This document shows, piece by piece, positions 9,862 to 18,771 of a stretch of 64,000 bases of DNA; position 1 is the first letter of the stretch; each line of letters starts with the position of its first letter. Origin of the DNA: an uncultured candidate division Zixibacteria bacterium. GTDB taxonomy: Bacteria; Zixibacteria; MSB-5A5; RBG-16-43-9. Location of the stretch: positions 1,251,422-1,315,421 of the forward strand of contig OY970208.1 of the NCBI GenBank assembly GCA_963713865.1, written 5' to 3'. Made by a program: the position numbers and the translations under genes. Below the pieces are notes generated by a model. It was not told where the DNA came from. It ran no database searches and was given only the letters and a program-made list of their open reading frames with translations.

Positions 9862-10791
9862 TTGTCGATAAATTATGGAAAAGAAAATGACTGGAATAAG
9901 AATTTGAGAAAAAAGGCAATTCTTTTTTTAACAATTTTAATACTTTCTTCATCTTTCATAGCTCGAGCGCAGGAAGAAGTTCAAAAAACTTTAGAATATC
10001 CTCCCCTGATAGGAAAGGATACAGTCTATCAGGTTGACAAAGGTGAGGGGTTGTATGAGATTGCCCGGAAGTTTGATGTCTCCTACATGTCTATAGCGCT
10101 GGCTAATCAGATTTCTGATCCTAACAGGATTTATGCAGGACAAAAACTGGTTCTTCCAACCAGGACGATTCTGCCTAAAAAGCTGGATAAGGGTATATTA
10201 ATAAACATTCCGGAATACAGGATTTACTTTTTCCAGGGGGAGGATTCAATCAAGGTCTACCCGGTATGCATTGGTCTTCCGACCTGGAGAACTCCTACAG
10301 GTGAATTTTCCATCACGCATAAAATAAAAAATCCTACCTGGTATATGCCCGATGCGATAGCGGAAAAGGAAAAAGTCAAAAAGGAGATAGTTCCTCCGGG
10401 ACCTCTTAATCCTTTAGGTGATTTCTGGATAGGGACTGATCTAAGGCACACTGGCATCCACAGCACTATTATTCCTATGTCTATAGGTCGAGCCTTGAGC
10501 CATGGGTGTGTCAGGCTCTATCCGGAGGATATAGAGGTGCTGTTCCCTCTAACAGAAGTGGGAATGACAGGGGAGGTAATCTATGAGCCGGTAAAATTAA
10601 CAGTCAGGGAAGATAGTCTTTTTTTAGAGGTCTATCCGGATGTATATGAGATGGTTCAAGATTATGAGAAAGAATTTAATAAAAAGCTGAGATGGTTGAA
10701 TCTATTAACGGATTTAGATAAAGATAAAATCAAGATCGTTCTGGAAGAGAAAAGGGGGATTCCAGTTTTTATCGGGAAAATATTTAGATGA
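9862..10791 (+). CDS. LysM-domain L,D-transpeptidase (YkuD/ErfK family)
   Basis: LysM (YQVDKGEGLYEIARKF), PPGPLNPLG, IH..SHGCVRL catalytic motif; true start probably TTG ~9904. Confidence 0.92.
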   Translation: MSINYGKENDWNKNLRKKAILFLTILILSSSFIARAQEEVQKTLEYPPLIGKDTVYQVDKGEGLYEIARKFDVSYMSIALANQISDPNRIYAGQKLVLPTRTILPKKLDKGILINIPEYRIYFFQGEDSIKVYPVCIGLPTWRTPTGEFSITHKIKNPTWYMPDAIAEKEKVKKEIVPPGPLNPLGDFWIGTDLRHTGIHSTIIPMSIGRALSHGCVRLYPEDIEVLFPLTEVGMTGEVIYEPVKLTVREDSLFLEVYPDVYEMVQDYEKEFNKKLRWLNLLTDLDKDKIKIVLEEKRGIPVFIGKIFR

Positions 10792-10863
10792 AAAAAAGTG
10801 GGGGTTCAAAATTTTGAACCCCTGCCATTTCATTTTAACATACTGCAAATGATGATTGTTTTC

Positions 10864-10887
10864 GTCGGGCATGAAGCCCGACGCTAC
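10864..10887. repeat. REP family D (GTCGGGC-N5-GCCCGACGCTAC)
   Basis: Copies at 10864, 11429, 18621, 30606; variants near 15497 and 16712. Confidence 0.8.
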
Positions 10888-10889
10888 GA

Positions 10890-11318
10890 TTATTCCTGAG
10901 GGAACCTTTTGTCCTCTTCCAGGGCGATGGTTAGAAGGCTGCGGGTGAATTCTATCTCCTGTTTGATCCGGGAAAGCTCGCCTTTCAAGTCGATTTCTTC
11001 TTCTTTCTGCTCCTGTACTTTCAAAAGTTTGGATTCAAAACGGGAAAGCCTCTGGTCGAAATTCTCCAGGACCTCCTTGAGCTCCAGGAACTCTTTCTTC
11101 AGGTCAAACAGGTCTTCTTTTATGGCTTTGCCAGAAGAATCCAGATTTTGCAGATTGCTTTTCAGCTCGGAGAGTTTTTCAGAGACTTTTTGCAGTTCTT
11201 TTTCCAGGGAGACTCCCACCCTTTCGATGGCTTCCCCTACCTCTTCGATGTCTCGTTTTTCCAAGCTCATCTCGTTTTCTTTACTCATATATTTTTTATA
11301 ATCTGGTGGAACAGACAT
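10890..11318 (-). CDS. coiled-coil hypothetical protein
   Basis: Heptad-rich ORF; the annotated 5' end overlaps a REP, so the true start is likely downstream. Confidence 0.6.
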   Translation of the reverse strand: MSVPPDYKKYMSKENEMSLEKRDIEEVGEAIERVGVSLEKELQKVSEKLSELKSNLQNLDSSGKAIKEDLFDLKKEFLELKEVLENFDQRLSRFESKLLKVQEQKEEEIDLKGELSRIKQEIEFTRSLLTIALEEDKRFPQE

Positions 11319-11525
11319 CTTGTCTGTTCTATCTTTTTTGTCAGGAATGTCTGACCTACCAATCTATTTCATTTTTCATCATCGGGTCAAAAATCCCGAC
11401 ATATACATTAATTTAGCTTCTTACCTTCGTCGGGCGTGAAGCCCGACGCTACTTTGGCTTCGTTAAGGACAGAATACTATTCTGTCCCTACAATTCCCAC
11501 CTTGAGGACAGGGTAGGTTGCCTGT

Positions 11526-12461
11526 TTAATAGATCTCTAATTGTGTAGAACCCAGTTTATCCGGGAGCATATTTTGAATTGCAGTTTTCAAGATATGCTT
11601 TGCCTCCGCAAATCTCCTTCGATTGGAGGAGGCGCCCAGGACTATTACGCAGAGTTTTTCCTCCACATTTTTTAGCATAACTGCCAGGCACCAGCCGGAT
11701 TTACCTATGAAGCCGGTCTTTCCACCCAGGATATCAAAATCTTCCCTGAGCAGACGGTTGCTGTTGCCCAGCTGATGAAACCTTTTTCTTTTGTTCACCG
11801 AGTAAAAATTATATTGCTTAGTAGTGGTAATCTGTGAGATGAGTGGGTCAGTTAAAGCCATCTTCAGAAGTTTTGCAGTTTCCCAGGCAGTTGAGACGTT
11901 GTCCGCATTGAGTCCGGTTGGATCAGCAAACTCTGTATTTTTCAGGCCTAAGGAGTCAGCTTTCTCGTTCATTCTTTCCACAAACTCTCCATCTCTCATT
12001 CCGGTAGCTCTCACTAAAGCTCGTGTAGCCCGGTTATCTGAGGACATTAAGCTTGAATGTAAAAGATCGATTAGATAAAAAGTCTCTCCCGGACGCAGGC
12101 GGGATTTAGCAGAGGCTCTGGCATCATCCCGGGTAATACTGATGGTATCGAAAAGGTCAACTCCTGATTCCAAGAATACCATTGCGGTCATCAATTTGGT
12201 CAAGCTGGCGATGGAGCGAACATCTTCACTGTTCATATCGTAAAGCACGGTCTCGTTATCCAGGTCCAGAACCAGTGCTGATTTGGCAGTCAGCTTGAAC
12301 TCTTTTTTCTTTTTGTAAGAGGTTTTTTTCACGGTTTTACCGAATGCGGGACTGGCAGAGGAAAAGGAAAATCCGCAAATAAGGATGAGACTCAGAAGAT
12401 ATATCCCCCACTTATCCAGAATAGATTCAATCGGACTTTTCCAGTCTCTAAAATTTCGCAT
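11526..12461 (-). CDS. D-alanyl-D-alanine endo/carboxypeptidase, peptidase S11 (PBP7-like)
   Basis: SxxK (SLTK), SxN (SDN) and KTG motifs; signal peptide. Confidence 0.9.
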   Translation of the reverse strand: MRNFRDWKSPIESILDKWGIYLLSLILICGFSFSSASPAFGKTVKKTSYKKKKEFKLTAKSALVLDLDNETVLYDMNSEDVRSIASLTKLMTAMVFLESGVDLFDTISITRDDARASAKSRLRPGETFYLIDLLHSSLMSSDNRATRALVRATGMRDGEFVERMNEKADSLGLKNTEFADPTGLNADNVSTAWETAKLLKMALTDPLISQITTTKQYNFYSVNKRKRFHQLGNSNRLLREDFDILGGKTGFIGKSGWCLAVMLKNVEEKLCVIVLGASSNRRRFAEAKHILKTAIQNMLPDKLGSTQLEIY

Positions 12462-12595
12462 CTTTTTCTCCTTTACTCTTTCTTACCTGTTGAAACCTGA
12501 CCTTTCCACAGTTAGGGCAAATCCATTTCCTCTGTTTATGAAAGGGTCTTTTCTCCTCCTGCATTTTGTTTTTACATCTGGGACAATACATTAGT

Positions 12596-13676
12596 TCATT
12601 TATTTACACCAGTTTTTACTTTTAAATATTCAAGAGCTTTTAAAAATTTTGAAGACCCAAACCTGACCGGGTCGGTGGCTGGCAGATTGGTTTCATCTTC
12701 AGTATTCTCTATCTCCCGCCGGGCTTCTTTTTCCTTTAAATTTGAAGTGTTCAAGGCAATCCCTATCATCTTAGACGGTTTCAAAGGTCTGGTTATCTCC
12801 TCGTGCAATCTAATATATTCGGATAATGAAGGCAAAGGCAAATTGTAATTATTGAAATTTTTCTTGCCAGGGAAATGACATAAGACCATGGCATCCGGTA
12901 AAGTTCCGTGAAGTAAGGCTAAGGATACGCCAGAGTAACCGGGATGGAGGATAGTTCCCTGCCCTTCGACTAACAGCAGATCATAGTCTTTGGATTTCTT
13001 CATTAAAAAATCCTCCATAGCACCTGCCATAAAATCGCCTTTGATTGCATCTATGGGAACCCCTTCTCCGACAATTATCATTCCGGTCTGGCCGGTTGCC
13101 ACAAAGCAGGGGTTCCACCCGAATTGGTTTGCCTCTCTGGTCATTTCCATGGCAGCTATCATCTTGCCTGACCGGCAGTCCGTGCCCACAGTCAAAACCA
13201 CCCTGGACTTAATCTTCTCCGGTATAAAATCTGCGACTTTATTGTAACCTTTTGCCTCTCTTAAATCCCAGATTCTGGCATTCCTGAAATTTGCCAGGGT
13301 AGCCAGTTCCGGGTCCTCATTTAAAATATCGTGCAATCCGTTGAGAATATTTAGCCCATTTTCAAGGGCAGAGACGATTTCTTTTCTCCACTCTGAAGGG
13401 AGCTTGCCACCGCGGGGAGCAATACCGATTAAAAGGGTGTTCTGGTTTGTAAGGCAGAGAGCTTAAAACATCCTTAACCACGGGGATTTTCCCACCCAAA
13501 CCCAGAATCTCCTGAGCAGTTTTACCCGCACGGGTGGAATCGATAACTGCTGCTACATTTTCCGGCTTGTACCTTATCAAGCCATAAGCCGTCTTCGCCT
13601 CCAGCGCCGTAAAACACCCCTCCGCTAAAATCACTATCCTTCTTCTCCCCCCACTCCCTCCCTCTACTAAAAACAT
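12596..13676 (-). CDS. DUF1611 family protein (DgcN-like), split by a +1 frameshift at ~13440
   Basis: AKTAYGLIRY N-terminus; VGTDCRSGK, ATGQTG and EGQG motifs in the second frame; removing one base at 13439-13445 gives one ORF. Confidence 0.85.
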
Positions 13677-13741
13677 TTTACCTCCGTGTAATTAGGGCAA
13701 CCTCTTGAGCATATAAAGTGCTAAGCCATAATTTGCAAATT

Positions 13742-14662
13742 TTATTTTTTCACCAGCTTAATTAATTCTTCCTTTGACCAGATTTTATCGTATTTTTCTT
13801 TCCTGATTTCTTTGCTTGAAATGTCAATTTTTATTCTTTTTAGAAATTCTTTGAAATCTGGATTAATTGTTAACTTGTTTATTGCATCCCAATCCAAATA
13901 TTCTTTAAACTTTGCGGAAAATAGTATTTCTGTAGAATCTGAATCATCCATGTTAATTTTAATAACTCCTATACCAAAAGACACTGAAAGCCTCTTCAAC
14001 TCATTAAGAAAATCCTCATCATTGGAAATTTCAGAGGCTACAAGGTAACCTTCATTTGCCCATGAAGAATTTGAGACCGTTTGGAAAAAAGATTCACGAA
14101 GATTGGAAAAATTCAACTCTCTTTTAATTTCAAAGGAGAATAACTTGATTGAAATATTACTAATGGCAGAGCTAAATTCAACTACTTCAGGCTCCCACTC
14201 ATCAATCGGGAAGTAACATCCTACCATATCAGGATGAATCCATTCACCATATTCTTTTTTCCCAGATTTAGAATGTCGAATGGTTTTTAGGTATGCTTTT
14301 AAATAATAATATCCGTAATATGCTAAAAAGGGGTGTAAATTTTCCTCAAGGTATTCAAATTTCTTTGATGGTAAAACAGGAACTTGTTTTGTATCATAAA
14401 TATTCTCTTTTTCTTTAAGCAGAGAACGAAGATAGAATCTTCTTGGTCTTGAACCAATTTTAATGAAAGGAGAATCTTTTCTGTCACGAATGTTAACATA
14501 GATTTGAGCTCCTATTGTCATCCAGGGAGTTTTCCCTCGGACACCAGATATTTTATCATAACCTTTGCTCTTAGCAATTTCCCAAATCTCTCCAGAAGAT
14601 AAAGGTCTTTTCTCCTCTTCAAGAATTTTTTTCGATAACTCAATTCCAGTTAATTGCCCCAT
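13742..14662 (-). CDS. HARE-HTH plus restriction-endonuclease-like protein (COG2958/HrgA-like)
   Basis: GKTPWMTIGAQIY HTH; EWIHPDMVG, SFEIK and FFQTVSNSSWANEGYLV motifs; AT-rich. Confidence 0.8.
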   Translation of the reverse strand: MGQLTGIELSKKILEEEKRPLSSGEIWEIAKSKGYDKISGVRGKTPWMTIGAQIYVNIRDRKDSPFIKIGSRPRRFYLRSLLKEKENIYDTKQVPVLPSKKFEYLEENLHPFLAYYGYYYLKAYLKTIRHSKSGKKEYGEWIHPDMVGCYFPIDEWEPEVVEFSSAISNISIKLFSFEIKRELNFSNLRESFFQTVSNSSWANEGYLVASEISNDEDFLNELKRLSVSFGIGVIKINMDDSDSTEILFSAKFKEYLDWDAINKLTINPDFKEFLKRIKIDISSKEIRKEKYDKIWSKEELIKLVKK

Positions 14663-14764
14663 ATTTCTTTGACCTCCTCAACCAATTTTCTATTGACCAC
14701 AAATAAAAGCCATAAATAGCTTCTCTCAATTTAATCTTCTCCGTTCCATCCTGCAACAATTTTT

Positions 14765-15361
14765 TTATTTTATCATCCCTAAAAAATCACCTAACAGAAA
14801 TTGGGCTCTACCGATCAGGAGGGTGACTCGGGACATTACGGTATAGCCGAAGGTGGTTCCGAAGAAGACCATCATAAAGAAAATCCCGATTTTGGCTGAG
14901 GTGCCCAGAACACCTTTATGCTCTCTGGAAAAGAAAAAATAGCTCAGGGTAGTAATTACCGCTAAGGTAATGATGATGTTATTAACGGAAGTATAAGAAC
15001 CCATTGAAGCTTTCATCTGGGTGTAAATCTGTGCCTGCATTACTGCCGGGATAGAGACACCTGCTCCTGCGCCGATTATTAAAGCCATTGAAATTCGGGA
15101 AAGCCAGGAAAGCTTGGGGAAAAAGCGGAGGAACATAAAGATGCCTAATATTCCAGGAACGAGATAGAGAAGGTCGCCTTGTCTGAAAATCGGGTAGTAG
15201 AGCTTAGGCAGAACAATAGTTTTGATTGAGATAACGATGAGATACCCAACAGAGATACCGACTAAAAGATACTCTGCGAATTTATAAAAGGGATTATCTT
15301 TATAAAGAAAAGAGAAGATGAACAAAGTCAAGATTGCTGCGATTAAGGTACCTAAGTCCAC
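14765..15361 (-). CDS. conserved multi-pass membrane protein (DUF6754 module)
   Basis: SFLYKDNPFYKFAEYLLVG...FGYTVMSR; about 6 TMs. Confidence 0.75.
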   Translation of the reverse strand: MDLGTLIAAILTLFIFSFLYKDNPFYKFAEYLLVGISVGYLIVISIKTIVLPKLYYPIFRQGDLLYLVPGILGIFMFLRFFPKLSWLSRISMALIIGAGAGVSIPAVMQAQIYTQMKASMGSYTSVNNIIITLAVITTLSYFFFSREHKGVLGTSAKIGIFFMMVFFGTTFGYTVMSRVTLLIGRAQFLLGDFLGMIK

Positions 15362-15568
15362 AGATTTCCTCCATTACTGTAAAAGCTCAGTGCTTTTCAG
15401 TATTTGCAATCCTGCCAAGGGTTGAGCTGACCTGGCAAGTAAGCTTTATCACATTTTCTACCAGGACAGAACACTGTTCTGTCCCTACAGTTTTGCCGTC
15501 GGGTCAGGGGACCCGACGGGCACATGGAAAGCCTCGCATTACGATTGAACTTTTGAACCATTGAACTT

Positions 15569-16375
15569 TTAAACCTTCTTTTTTCTTTCCATCCAGTATC
15601 CTATATTCCCTAAGATCACCAAAATTATAATCAGCAGATGGGCTATGGATTGGGCATCCATACCTCTTGAACCCATACCGGGCTTGCCCAGTAGAATCTC
15701 GTATTCGGCAGCGCCTTTTAGTCCATTGACCAGTCCTTCGATCTGGCCTGAATTCAAAAAAGGGTAAAAGCTGGTTGCCATAACCGCAGTCGTTAAAACC
15801 ACTAATTTTTTTTCATATCTTGCCACAGCGAAATTTATCCAGGAAAAAGGTATGTCTCCGTCTGTGACTGAAATTATGAGGGCTATCTTTTTATAATTTT
15901 TTATCTCTTTAGTCAGTTCCAAATCAAAAGTTGAATTACCAGTATAATCCTCTGGAAAGACCTGATGAAAATCTTCTCCCAAGCCTAAGATGGTTGCAGT
16001 AACCTGTGGCCTGAATCCCAGGAAAACATAGTCTTTCCCATAGGTTTTATTATATTTTAAAGCGTTCTCCTTTAAGACCTTTTCTCCTAAAGCGGTTCCT
16101 TCAGCTAAGAGGGAAAGGCCTATAACTTTCAGATTTTTTGAAAAGGAGTGTTGTAGAATTGCATTGGCTAAAGGCTGGACCTCTGGAAAGGATGAGGCTT
16201 CAAAATCAAAGGAGATTAAAACCACTGAGCTGTTTGGTAAACTACTTATTTTCTCAAAAACATTTTTGACTTCCGGGGTAACCTTGTTCGGCAGGCTCAG
16301 TTTAAAAATCAGAGGAAAGATTACGGCTATTGCCATCAGGATGAATATGGTTTTGCGGTTAAGATTTAGTTTCAT
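15569..16375 (-). CDS. conserved membrane-anchored protein (DUF6754 module)
   Basis: YGKDYVFLG, GLKGAAEYE, MDAQSIAHL; ATG 16375 after AGGAG. Confidence 0.75.
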   Translation of the reverse strand: MKLNLNRKTIFILMAIAVIFPLIFKLSLPNKVTPEVKNVFEKISSLPNSSVVLISFDFEASSFPEVQPLANAILQHSFSKNLKVIGLSLLAEGTALGEKVLKENALKYNKTYGKDYVFLGFRPQVTATILGLGEDFHQVFPEDYTGNSTFDLELTKEIKNYKKIALIISVTDGDIPFSWINFAVARYEKKLVVLTTAVMATSFYPFLNSGQIEGLVNGLKGAAEYEILLGKPGMGSRGMDAQSIAHLLIIILVILGNIGYWMERKKKV

Positions 16376-16412
16376 ATTCTCTTTTGGTGGAACAAACCTC
16401 CTGTCTGTTCTC

Positions 16413-16504
16413 ATTGTCAGACCCTAGAAACGGGTCCGTAGGACAGGAATGTCTGACCTACCACTTTTTTGGACCCACCTTGGGGGTAAGGTGGGTCTAC
16501 CGAT
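16413..16504. repeat. composite REP module (GTCAGAC...GGAATGTCTGAC plus CCCACCTT-N6-AAGGTGGG..TACCGA)
   Basis: Near-identical ~90-bp copy at 18515-18603; parts at ~11303, 11496, 18388, 31498-31620, 58095. Confidence 0.8.
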
Positions 16505-16817
16505 TTAAGTCTTCGGGATCATAAGGACAGAACACTGTTCTGTCCCTACATCTACTCCAGGCTGTCCAACTTTTCGGACAGGGACCTCCACCTTTGGCGG
16601 GATTTCGCTTCGCTCAACAAGCCCTGTCCCTACGATTTCTATCGGTCTTGTTATCCCGCCTTTCCTACGGATCCAAAATCGGAGAGGGCAAGGTGGCATG
16701 CCGTTTCATTCGTCGGGCATAAAACCTCACGTTACGAACTACATTTATGGCATCATCACGGATGATGTACTCCATGTTTTTGCTACAAGCTCCTTGTTAC
16801 GTGTTACCTGCTTAAAT

Positions 16818-17438
16818 TTATCCTTTCCCCAAATAGGTTCTCTCGATTCCTACAATTATTCTCAAAGAGGTGGCGATCGAGCCCAGACCGACCCCAATCA
16901 AAATCCCTCTTCTGGCAGCCATACTGGGGATATTCAGCACCCAGGTCGCAAATTGAGGGATGGATGAATGGAGCATCTCTCCTAAGGGAACTCTGCCCAA
17001 GATCACTAAAATCCCGGCAATCAGAAGGATGGTTGCCTGTATGTTTCTTGCCCTGAAACCCCGATAAGCGGCTGAAGCGACGAAAAAAGCCAGAAGCGAG
17101 AACATGGTTGACTGCATAGGAACCTGGAGGTTATCGAAAATCCATAAAAAAGGGGAGCCTTTTTGAATCCCTTTATAGAAACCGAAAAAAACCATCAGGG
17201 CAAGCCCGGATATGGCAACTAAATTATATCCCCATCCTTTTTGTTTTTTAGATATTTTATCCAGATGGAGAATTAAGAAACCTAAAGCCCCGACCAAGAG
17301 CGCAAAAACGTAGATTATCTGCATCCAGTCTAAGACGTTTTGATAACCTTTCAAAAACAGGGGATGAGGCACAAAAAACTGTGCCAGCATAAATATGCCA
17401 AAGCCAAAACATACCCAGAGAGGTATCTGTCTGCTCAT
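16818..17438 (-). CDS. conserved multi-pass membrane protein (DUF6754 module)
   Basis: STMFSLLAFFVASAAYRGFRAR...LRIIVGIER. Confidence 0.75.
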   Translation of the reverse strand: MSRQIPLWVCFGFGIFMLAQFFVPHPLFLKGYQNVLDWMQIIYVFALLVGALGFLILHLDKISKKQKGWGYNLVAISGLALMVFFGFYKGIQKGSPFLWIFDNLQVPMQSTMFSLLAFFVASAAYRGFRARNIQATILLIAGILVILGRVPLGEMLHSSIPQFATWVLNIPSMAARRGILIGVGLGSIATSLRIIVGIERTYLGKG

Positions 17439-17442
17439 CTCC

Positions 17443-18300
17443 TTAACCTTTTCCTAAAAAATTGATCAAAAAATTATAACCGAGGGTGGATAAAATCCCA
17501 CCGGCGACTATAAGAAATCCTATGATTAATTTCAAAAAGTCCTGCCCTTTAATACTTCCCAGAACTAAAGGGTTTTTAGTTAAATAGCCACTGGCAGCAA
17601 AAAGCTCCTCGCCTATCAAGGTGTAGTCGCAGGCAACTATGAAAAAGGAAAGCTGGATAGTTGAATCTGTGCCCGCAATCTGCAAAGCGCCGATGGAGTT
17701 TCCGGTCTCAGCTAAGATCAGAGATTCAGCTTCAAAGGTGCCTAAGAAAAGATTAGTAGCCGGTCTTTCTCTTAACATAATTCCATCTACTGCAGCTACG
17801 TATCCGAACTGGCTCTGGGTTACAAAGTAGATATTTTCTTTTTTGTAGGATTCCGGATGTCCAGCTTTAGTAAAACTCTCTTTAACTACTTCCTGGGCAA
17901 CAGTTGTTACCATCGGGTCGTAGTTCGGGATTAAAAGCGGGGTATTATACTCAGCTATTTTTTCCGCTACGCTTCCCAGGATATTCATCGAAGCCATGGT
18001 TGCCACCCTTTCCATTTTTCCCAGGCCAGAAGAAAATAATATCGGTTTACCCATCTCGGTTGCCCTGCCAACAGCTTCATCTAAAGCCTCAAGTCCAGGA
18101 ATAGAACGAATCTTCAATTTTTTACTTTTTTTAGCATAAAGGATAAACCCGAAGATAAAAATGAGAGTGAGGATTATCCCGATTAAGAGGTTTGTTTTTT
18201 GCGGATCGAACCAGCTAATTTGGTCAATGGCAAAAGCTGGAGAGTGAAAAATAAATATTAGAGTGAGAATAAAAATGAGTTGATGGATTTTCCCCTTCAG
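17443..18300 (-). CDS. DUF6754 domain membrane protein; probable CTG start
   Basis: IRSIPGLEALDEAVGRATEMGKP and DYTLIGEELFAA motifs; frame open to CTG at 18300, 6 nt after AGGAGG, adding a signal peptide and a TM helix. Confidence 0.8.
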   Translation of the reverse strand: MKGKIHQLIFILTLIFIFHSPAFAIDQISWFDPQKTNLLIGIILTLIFIFGFILYAKKSKKLKIRSIPGLEALDEAVGRATEMGKPILFSSGLGKMERVATMASMNILGSVAEKIAEYNTPLLIPNYDPMVTTVAQEVVKESFTKAGHPESYKKENIYFVTQSQFGYVAAVDGIMLRERPATNLFLGTFEAESLILAETGNSIGALQIAGTDSTIQLSFFIVACDYTLIGEELFAASGYLTKNPLVLGSIKGQDFLKLIIGFLIVAGGILSTLGYNFLINFLGKG

Positions 18301-18771
18301 GACTATCCTCCTTGATAAGTTTTTAAGTAAAGTAGAAAATAAAATTTCTTTGTCAAGGGAAATTAAAATTTGAAGTAAATCATATAGACCCGCCTTGGGG
18401 TCAAGGTGGGTTTACCGAGTTACGAGGAGCGAAGGGCGTAGCCACCGTAATGCTTTTATCGGCCACAAGGGGAGAGTGAACTTGCTACGATTGAACAGAT
18501 ATCTTGTCTGTTTTTTGTCAGACCATAGAAACGCGTCCGTAGGACAGGAATGTCTGACATACCATTGTTGACCCACCTTAGGGGCAAGGTGGGTCTACCG
18601 ATTAACGTAAGACATTGACTGTCGGGCATAATGCCCGACGCTACAATTTCTCTTGACAATTGGATTTAATTCTTCTTATATATTTTTTGGTTAGGGAAGA
18701 TAGGGAGCAAAAAACCATTTAACATTTTTCCCCCCCCCGCCTTTGGCGAGGGGAAACCATGAGGAGGGTTT

